This document shows positions 57,357-64,000 of a stretch of DNA of 64,000 nt, one piece after another. The notes beneath the pieces were generated by a model. The model was not told the origin of the DNA and did not search any database. It saw nothing but the letters and a program-made list of their open reading frames with translations. Source of the stretch: a virus; IMG/VR virus record IMGVR_UViG_3300017706_001340, positions 1 to 64,000 of that record; one strand, given 5' to 3'. Both the position numbers and the translations under genes were made by a program. The stretch's first letter is position 1. Every line of letters starts with the position of its first letter.

Positions 57357-59096
57357 ATGTCAACAAAACAAACCACAACACCAAAAAAACCGAAAGTAGA
57401 TCCAAAACATGTATACATGGGTAATCAAAACCTACCCACGAGCAAGGCTGAGTTTGAGTGGACACCTACTATGGTCAGAGATCTTAAGAAGTGCCAGAAA
57501 AACTTACTATATTTCGCTGAAAATTTCTTTACAATCATAAATCTTGATCGCGGTAGGGAGAAGATAACACTATTTAAATGTCAGAAGAAGGTATTACGAG
57601 CACTACGAGACAACAGATTCAACATTGTGTTAGCCTCTCGACAGGTAGGTAAAACGACAATGATGACCATATACACTTTATGGGTAGCTTGTTTCCTCGA
57701 GGATCAACGTATACTTGTTGTAGCAAATAAAGAGCAGACAGCAATAAACATTTTCAAGCGAATCAGACTGGCGTACGAACAACTACCAAACTGGATTAAA
57801 CCTGGTGTAGTTGAGTACGGTAAGACAAGCATGACATTAACCAACGGTAGTAGTATCGGAATCAGCACTACCAGTAGTGATGCTGGTCGAGGTGATAGTT
57901 GTAATTGTTTGGTACTAGATGAGCTAGCATTTATTGACAATCATCTTGTTGAGAGTTTCTGGAAGTCAGTGTATCCGATAATATCATCTAGTAAGAAGAG
58001 TAAGATCTTCATCGCTAGTACACCAAATGGAACAGGTAACTTGTTTCACGATCTATATAGTAATGCAATCCGAGGAAAAAATAATTGGTGTGCGAGTCGC
58101 ATCGACTGGTGGGAAATTCCTGGTAGGGACGAGAAGTGGAAACAGGACACAGTACAGTCACTCGGAAGTACAGACATTTTTGATCAGGAGTTTGGATGTC
58201 AGTTCATAGAAACTGGTGAGAGTGTGTTGGATGAGGAGTTGATACGTAAGAGCTCACTGTCCATACAAGATCCGGAGCATCTATTCGATGATGGTAAATA
58301 TAAAGTATGGTCCTTGCCTGATGAAACACGATCTTATGCAATTGGCGTGGATATATCAGAAGGTGTAGGTGAGGCTGCTAGTGTCATACAGGTAATTGAC
58401 ATAACAGACTTGACAGAGATTGAACAGGTAGCAGTATATCACAGCAATACTATCAGTCCGTACAACTTCACAACAAAATTATTAGAGGTACTACAACAAT
58501 GGGGGTCTCCACCCGCGTTGATAGAGAGGAACAATTGCGGTGCACAAGTTGTAGATACATTAAAGAATGTATATGGTTACGAGAATATAGTCAATTATAC
58601 CCCAAGTAAAAATCAAGCAATTGAACGTCCTGGAGTAATAGCACATACAAACACCAAATATAAAGGTGTTGTCAACATGAAATATTGGTTGAGTGAAGTT
58701 TATTCGGTTGTGTTGCGAGACACTAACACATTAGAGGAGTTGAAAACATTCGTAAGATATCCTAATGGTACATGGAAAGCGATTAAAGGTACAAATGTGC
58801 ATGATGACAGAGTCATGAGTTTGATCTGGTCACTCATGATACTTGAAACATCAATAACCGAACAGTTTTTTGAGATTTTACAGGTGGATAAAAATAACAA
58901 GCCGGCAGAATTAGGTCGTTTGGACTTTGGTTATCGACAGTTCAGTGACACACTCTCACTTTATAGTAACGAGAAACAACAAAATAAATACAGTGCACTG
59001 CCCATATATATGGATAGTGAGAACTTCGATAATACAAGCGAAGCAAACAACCCGGAGCTTGAAGAAATGCAAGAACAAGGATGGACAACAGTATGA
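57357..59096 (+). CDS. gp17: Terminase large subunit (gp17)
   Basis: 'YMGNQNLP', 'SRQVGKTT', 'LDELAF', 'STPNG', 'QEFGC.F', 'GVDISEGVG', 'IERN', 'HDDRVMSL'. Confidence 0.95.
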   Translation: MSTKQTTTPKKPKVDPKHVYMGNQNLPTSKAEFEWTPTMVRDLKKCQKNLLYFAENFFTIINLDRGREKITLFKCQKKVLRALRDNRFNIVLASRQVGKTTMMTIYTLWVACFLEDQRILVVANKEQTAINIFKRIRLAYEQLPNWIKPGVVEYGKTSMTLTNGSSIGISTTSSDAGRGDSCNCLVLDELAFIDNHLVESFWKSVYPIISSSKKSKIFIASTPNGTGNLFHDLYSNAIRGKNNWCASRIDWWEIPGRDEKWKQDTVQSLGSTDIFDQEFGCQFIETGESVLDEELIRKSSLSIQDPEHLFDDGKYKVWSLPDETRSYAIGVDISEGVGEAASVIQVIDITDLTEIEQVAVYHSNTISPYNFTTKLLEVLQQWGSPPALIERNNCGAQVVDTLKNVYGYENIVNYTPSKNQAIERPGVIAHTNTKYKGVVNMKYWLSEVYSVVLRDTNTLEELKTFVRYPNGTWKAIKGTNVHDDRVMSLIWSLMILETSITEQFFEILQVDKNNKPAELGRLDFGYRQFSDTLSLYSNEKQQNKYSALPIYMDSENFDNTSEANNPELEEMQEQGWTTV

Positions 59097-59674
59097 ATGA
59101 CACTATACAGCAATCAATTTTAAACAAAAGCAAGAAGGATAAATTTGTATTCATCCTCACACTACCTGAGGCTATGAAGGAAATCGCATACACACAATCA
59201 GAGAACCGAGATGATGATCACGTGCTACCTGATACATTACAATTCAGCGTGTATGGCGCTCTGTTACCATCTGTGCGAGTAGATAGTGGGAACATACGAT
59301 ATGGCGGACAAGCTGTGAAGTTCAGTGCACATAGCCGTCCGGAATATGATAATGTTAGAGTAAACTTTACTGTTGACAATAGATTCAACAACTACTGGGT
59401 AATATGGAAGTGGCTAAACATCATGAATGATGATGAATCCGCTGTTTTTATGTCAACACGTGACATAACAACACAAGAATCCATATTTAAACAATATCAA
59501 GGCACAGCAACAATGTATGCACTAGATGAATATAACAAACAAGTGGCAAGATTCGACTATCAGGGGGTTGTCCCTGTTAGTTTAGGTGAGATAGACTACA
59601 ATTACAGGACTACAGACGAGATTGATACCACGTTTGAGTTCTCTTTTTCGAAGCTCACTCCAACTTTGTTATGA
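59081..59674 (+). CDS. Tail tube-fold protein (gp3-like tail terminator)
   Basis: 'LPSV', 'YDNV.V.FTVD..FNNY..IWKW', 'PVSLGEIDY', 'F.FS'. Confidence 0.65.
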   Translation: MDNSMNDTIQQSILNKSKKDKFVFILTLPEAMKEIAYTQSENRDDDHVLPDTLQFSVYGALLPSVRVDSGNIRYGGQAVKFSAHSRPEYDNVRVNFTVDNRFNNYWVIWKWLNIMNDDESAVFMSTRDITTQESIFKQYQGTATMYALDEYNKQVARFDYQGVVPVSLGEIDYNYRTTDEIDTTFEFSFSKLTPTLL

Positions 59675-59727
59675 AAATCTTCTAAAAGCTGGTCATGGAT
59701 CAATAAATAATTCCAGAGGTAACAATT

Positions 59728-62700
59728 ATGGCACGTACAATACAATCACCAGGAGTAGAGGTCAAGGAAGTCGATCTTTCTTTGCGCCCACAATTACCAA
59801 TTGGAACTACGGTATTTATACCAGGTTTCGCTAACCAAGGACCGACAGACGAGTTGCTGACACTCAGCAGTCTGAGCGAGTTTGAGCAGATCTACGGTTT
59901 GCCTCAAAACGCTGCAGAGAGGTACATGTACCACACCGTCAAAGCAGTGTTTCAAAGCCCTGCTAATGTTCTGGTATCCAGGTTACCATACGGTCAAGGA
60001 GCTGGTGCAACTGTTGCTGATAAATACAGTGTTCAAGTGTTCCCCGTTATACCACGTCCGATTATGATTGATCTCGGTGATTACGAAGGTGAGATTAACA
60101 CAATCGCGACAGACACACGAAAAATTGCATGGTATCCAACAGATAGCAGAACATTATCTGCTGAAGGGTCAGATTTCGTGCTACCAGTGGCAGCAACATT
60201 TACAGGAGAAGTAGGAGGAGCTACATATACTATAACAGCTGATGTATCCGGTGAGGAAGGTAACATCACTCTTGTGGGTAACAGTTTATCTTCAGTAGGA
60301 CAACTTATAACTGAATCCGGTGTCTCAGTATCTGTATTAACAGGTGATGATACATACACATTACCAACCGGTGAAAGCATAACCTTAGCAGGTGGTCAGT
60401 CAGGTTTCAGTACCAAAGTAGTACCAACAGATCAATGGATCTTTGGTACATCCGCACCAGCAGGTGATTATACATCAACAACACTTAAAGATGCCGTTGA
60501 TAGTGTGTTGGCATCATTGAGTAGTGTAGAACTTTACGGTCAACCATTAAGCTCATATGCACAAGGTGATACATTTTGGACGGAATCAATTGCAGATGAC
60601 ATATTAAGTGTACCTGCTTTAAAGGCGTATCAAATACCAGAGGTTGCAGAGCTTGTATCTCAGGCTGTTAATGCAGTTGGATGGGATCTAGGATCAAGTG
60701 ACAGGTATTACTTAGGTGAACCTAGCAACATTGAGTTGTCGAATGACGAGTTTCAGAAGACCATCAAAGGTGAGATTAAAATGAAAGAGTCTGAGGCTGG
60801 TAAGCTTGAGAACCAAAAATTCACATCATATAACGACTTGTTAACCAAAGGTGGTGCTGGTCTAATGATTGTCAATGATAAGAAGTTTGTTATTAACGAA
60901 AAATTTGAAGGTTACTACATCGGAGTGAGTGACAACACAAATCTCAATCCAGCAAGTGATTTTGATAGTGTTGGAAAGCTCAAGTCATTGAGTAAGAAGC
61001 TCGGTGGTACCACTGGTGGTTATGTTGATGTACCGGATCAGAGTGATGGTACACGTAGTCGATTGACATTCTCTTTGAGTGCCGGATTTTTGTTCGATCA
61101 ATTTGGAAACAAGCAACAGGTCGGATTAGATGGTAGCATGAGTGAAGTGCTTGAGAATTTGAGTGAGTTTGATTTGAATACTGAAGAGTTCAGCGATGTT
61201 CTAACATTGGCTGTATTCAAAGTGAGACAATCAACATTAGAGCCAGATGCTACCAAGCTAGATTACCTAGTTGCTGACAGCGTTATTGGTAGTGTTAATT
61301 ACTTCAGGGAACGCTTCTTATCAACAGGTGGTACAGCTGTATCATACTACATTGAGAGTGAGGCTGAAAATAGTAATAACTTGTACCTCAAGATGAACGA
61401 GGGTATCGCTAAAACAGCTGGTAACTGGCAAGATGAGAACGGATATCCTACAAGGAAGATACGTATTTTACCTGCTAAGGATACACGATACTACGATGAA
61501 TTGGATGGTGCTGAGCAAGCCGCTCTTCAGGGTGAGACTGTTGAAGAGAAAAAAGAAGTCAATGACTTCAAAGTGAGTCAGAGTTTCCTCAACGGAAAGG
61601 AAGAAGCTGAAGATAGATTGTACATCAAATCATGGCAAGATTTACAGAGAGCCGGTGCTGCTGCTATCAAACATGGTAACAACGTATATCCACACGGAGT
61701 GTATCGCAAGCAAATGGCTGAAGCCAAAGAAACTGGTAACATACCATCAAAGCTTGATCGTATATTTGAGCTTGCTGATAACTTTGACCTGTTTCCGATC
61801 GACATAACTGTTGAAGGTGGTCTAGGTACTGTGTATGTAGGATCAGAAGGTGGTACTAAGGGTCATTTCGATGATGAAGAGTTCTTCCCGATTGGTGAAC
61901 ATGTTGTTAGTAGTACAGGATTGAGTGGAAGTGGTCTGTATCAAACAAAAATAATTGATAATCGTAATGAAATCAAATTCTTAACCGATTATGACACAAT
62001 TTTTGATACATTCAAGAGTTTCAGTCAATTTGCACGTAAAGATAATATTTTTATCGCCGATCCATTACGTTACATATTTGTACAGGGCCGAAATAGTAAA
62101 ACATTGACAAGTAAGCAGCGTGAAGCAGGAGTAAACTTCTCTCAACACATATACTGGCCGTTGCGTCACATGATGACAGGTGGTACCAAGAACAGTAGTT
62201 ATTGTACAACATACGCCAATTGGGGATTCACAAACGATAAGGCCATGAACAGGCCAGTTTGGGTACCAATGAGTGGTTTTGCAGCAGCAGCCATGGCTAA
62301 TACGGACAGTAACTTCTATCCATGGATAGCCCCTGCTGGTTTCACAAGAGGGCTTGTGAGCGGTGTTCAAGATTTAGCGTTTTATCCTAAACAGAAAGAG
62401 CGTGACCAGTTGTACAAAATCGGATTGAATCCAATTGCTAATTTTCCTAATGAAGGATTTGCAATATTCGGTCAGAAAACAATGCAAGCAAAACCAAGTG
62501 CTTTTGATAGAATTAATGTGAGAAGATTGTTCTTGTATCTGCAAAAGGCAGTGATGAACACTATCAAGTACTTTGTATTTGAACCAAACACATTGTTCAC
62601 TCGTACACAAGTTATAAACGTTTTAAGACCTATATTTGAAGAGGTGAAGAACACGCAAGGATTATATGACTATCTATTAGTATGTGATGAGCGTAACAAT

Positions 62701-62832
62701 TCACCTGATGTTATTGACCGTAACGAGCTTGTAGTTGATATTTATATCAAACCTACACGTGCTGCGGAGTTCATCTTAGTGAACTTTTATGCTACCCGAA
62801 CTGGTCAAGACTTCAGCGAATTAGTGTCGTAA
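59728..62832 (+). CDS. gp18: Contractile tail sheath protein (gp18)
   Basis: 'SPGVEVKEVD', 'GP', 'W.APAG..RG', 'RD.LY..G.NPI', 'GQKT', 'FDRINVRRL', 'FEPN', 'IKPTR..EFI.VNF'. Confidence 0.95.
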   Translation: MARTIQSPGVEVKEVDLSLRPQLPIGTTVFIPGFANQGPTDELLTLSSLSEFEQIYGLPQNAAERYMYHTVKAVFQSPANVLVSRLPYGQGAGATVADKYSVQVFPVIPRPIMIDLGDYEGEINTIATDTRKIAWYPTDSRTLSAEGSDFVLPVAATFTGEVGGATYTITADVSGEEGNITLVGNSLSSVGQLITESGVSVSVLTGDDTYTLPTGESITLAGGQSGFSTKVVPTDQWIFGTSAPAGDYTSTTLKDAVDSVLASLSSVELYGQPLSSYAQGDTFWTESIADDILSVPALKAYQIPEVAELVSQAVNAVGWDLGSSDRYYLGEPSNIELSNDEFQKTIKGEIKMKESEAGKLENQKFTSYNDLLTKGGAGLMIVNDKKFVINEKFEGYYIGVSDNTNLNPASDFDSVGKLKSLSKKLGGTTGGYVDVPDQSDGTRSRLTFSLSAGFLFDQFGNKQQVGLDGSMSEVLENLSEFDLNTEEFSDVLTLAVFKVRQSTLEPDATKLDYLVADSVIGSVNYFRERFLSTGGTAVSYYIESEAENSNNLYLKMNEGIAKTAGNWQDENGYPTRKIRILPAKDTRYYDELDGAEQAALQGETVEEKKEVNDFKVSQSFLNGKEEAEDRLYIKSWQDLQRAGAAAIKHGNNVYPHGVYRKQMAEAKETGNIPSKLDRIFELADNFDLFPIDITVEGGLGTVYVGSEGGTKGHFDDEEFFPIGEHVVSSTGLSGSGLYQTKIIDNRNEIKFLTDYDTIFDTFKSFSQFARKDNIFIADPLRYIFVQGRNSKTLTSKQREAGVNFSQHIYWPLRHMMTGGTKNSSYCTTYANWGFTNDKAMNRPVWVPMSGFAAAAMANTDSNFYPWIAPAGFTRGLVSGVQDLAFYPKQKERDQLYKIGLNPIANFPNEGFAIFGQKTMQAKPSAFDRINVRRLFLYLQKAVMNTIKYFVFEPNTLFTRTQVINVLRPIFEEVKNTQGLYDYLLVCDERNNSPDVIDRNELVVDIYIKPTRAAEFILVNFYATRTGQDFSELVS

Positions 62833-62835
62833 GAC

Positions 62836-62850
62836 TAAATAATTAGGAGG
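62836..62850 (+). promoter_or_regulatory. Late promoter TAAATA plus strong SD AGGAGG of tail tube gene
   Basis: TAAATA at 62836-62841, AGGAGG at 62845-62850, ATG at 62859. Confidence 0.75.
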
Positions 62851-62858
62851 ACAAATTT

Positions 62859-63407
62859 ATGCCAGATGTAAGACAGACAATATCAGATTTCTATAGAGTA
62901 GCACAAGAACGGGATTTCAGCCGTGATTTCCAGTTCCGTGTTCTCAATATTCAAAACGGTGACAGTAGTGTTACCATAAATGAGGACGATCTAGTGTACG
63001 CCAAGGGTGGTAGTATACCGGGCCGGACGATCAATGTATCCGAGATACCATTTATGGGACTAAACTTCAGGGTACCTGGTGGAGCCACATATACAGGTGA
63101 GTATACACTCAGCTTTTATAGTGACCGAGTCGATAGCTTGAGAACATTGTTGTTAAACTGGACTAGAGACACATTCGATGATGCGACTAGTACCGGTAAT
63201 TACTTCATTGCAAAAGAAACATCGATTGTTGACTTAGTACAACTAGACACACAGTTGAATCGAGTGAGTCAATACACACTCGTTGGTGCATTTCCTACAA
63301 GTGTTGGTGATGTATCATACGATCCATCTGGTAGTGGTGCTCCTGTTGAGTTTGAAGTCACATTAGGTTATCAATACGTTCGTAACCAGAGCTTCCAGTC
63401 TTTGTAA
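62859..63407 (+). CDS. gp19: Tail tube protein (gp19)
   Basis: Follows the sheath gene; 'SIPGR', 'PFMG...PG', 'W', 'Y.L.GAFPTSVG...YD', 'EF.VT..YQY'. Confidence 0.88.
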   Translation: MPDVRQTISDFYRVAQERDFSRDFQFRVLNIQNGDSSVTINEDDLVYAKGGSIPGRTINVSEIPFMGLNFRVPGGATYTGEYTLSFYSDRVDSLRTLLLNWTRDTFDDATSTGNYFIAKETSIVDLVQLDTQLNRVSQYTLVGAFPTSVGDVSYDPSGSGAPVEFEVTLGYQYVRNQSFQSL

Positions 63408-63432
63408 TATTTTTAACATATTATACCATCAG

Positions 63433-63456
63433 AAAGCCGCTTTCGAGCGGCTTTTC
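63433..63456 (+). terminator. Rho-independent terminator
   Basis: AAAGCCGCT-TTCG-AGCGGCTTT stem-loop with a T-run after the tube gene. Confidence 0.9.
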
Positions 63457-63484
63457 TGTGTTTGGGTATTAAATATTATTGTAT

Positions 63485-64000
63485 ATGTTTGATGATATTA
63501 GAAGAGTTGGAGAAAAAGTCGATGATTTACTCGGTACAGATATATTCCCGTTTAATTATCCATTCAGTCACACTGAAAACTTCTTACAACATATGGACAA
63601 GTGGGAGTTCGCAATACCAAACAAGTTTTTATGGTTGATTAACATAGAAGAGGCTGTACATCCCAACAGGATGACAAGTAAAAACTTCTCATCACTACAC
63701 CCGATACCCAAATTTATACGCTCTTCTAACATGCACGCTTTGGAACCAGGTGATAATGGTCAACATTCAGGATCCATCAATGCACCCGGTTCACAAACAA
63801 AAGGATGGGACATAGATCAGGCTAGAGTTGAGATAACTCAGGATACATACATGAAGACCGGTGGTGGTAAGCATGGATGCTTGCTTGCTCAAGGTGTAGT
63901 CTTACCAGGTGAAAACTACGAAATACGAGATGTACCCATTCAAAACAACATGGGGTTTCTTCCTGGTAAAGTGGGAGGAAATCGTTCCGGCATGCAACCA
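63485..64000 (+). CDS. Tube-fold baseplate protein (gp54/gp48-like), partial
   Basis: Open from ATG 63485 (MFDDIRRVG...) to the window end; 'CLLAQGVVLPGE' tube-family motif; TAAATA at 63470-63475. Confidence 0.55.
   Translation, partial: MFDDIRRVGEKVDDLLGTDIFPFNYPFSHTENFLQHMDKWEFAIPNKFLWLINIEEAVHPNRMTSKNFSSLHPIPKFIRSSNMHALEPGDNGQHSGSINAPGSQTKGWDIDQARVEITQDTYMKTGGGKHGCLLAQGVVLPGENYEIRDVPIQNNMGFLPGKVGGNRSGMQP

Noticed and set aside
36087-59096. Introns or inteins in polymerase, helicase, UvsX or terminase
   Set aside because: Protein lengths are normal, with no splice or homing-endonuclease motifs.
900-63484. tRNA or structured ncRNA genes
   Set aside because: Intergenic gaps are mostly under ~100 nt and show only promoters or simple hairpins; no cloverleaf or T-loop pattern was seen.
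1-64000. Stop-codon reassignment, as in some jumbo phages
   Set aside because: Core genes are full length in the standard code, and TAA, TAG and TGA all end genes.

Overview
The window is a 64 kb segment of a large AT-rich T4-like (myovirus, probably jumbo) phage genome in the standard genetic code. It carries a near-complete T4-type replication, recombination and late-transcription core (gp62-like, UvsY, UvsW, gp55, gp47/46, gp43 PolB, UvsX, gp41, gp32, gp45, RNase H, gp61) and virion genes (fibre/baseplate-like proteins, gp14, gp17, gp3-like, gp18, gp19). It also carries a 7-deazaguanine pathway (FolE2, QueD, QueE, QueC plus a free class-II glutamine amidotransferase, with no DpdA in the window), an 11-gene sugar/glycosyltransferase island, PhoH, GroES and an Hc1-like histone that the ORF track missed. 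The most striking unannotated structure has three parts. (1) About 17 otherwise unrelated 'hypothetical' proteins sit behind T4-late-type (TA)TAAATA promoters and share a short N-terminal leader ending in an [ILV]-x-E (or closely similar [ILV]-[LFW]-E) motif. This resembles T4 capsid-targeting/prohead-protease signals and suggests a large packaged protein payload that includes a ligase-like enzyme, a PD-(D/E)XK nuclease, a segment-swapped HIGH nucleotidyltransferase and a membrane protein. (2) Both sigma70 and late promoters usually sit 4-10 nt before the start codon, implying leaderless mRNAs, while the sheath and tube genes have leaders with Shine-Dalgarno sites. (3) Late genes are inserted antisense among early genes, with back-to-back early/late promoters and overlapping convergent stop codons. 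All family assignments come from motif recognition by eye; no database searches were run. No tRNA, rRNA, CRISPR array or mobile element was seen.
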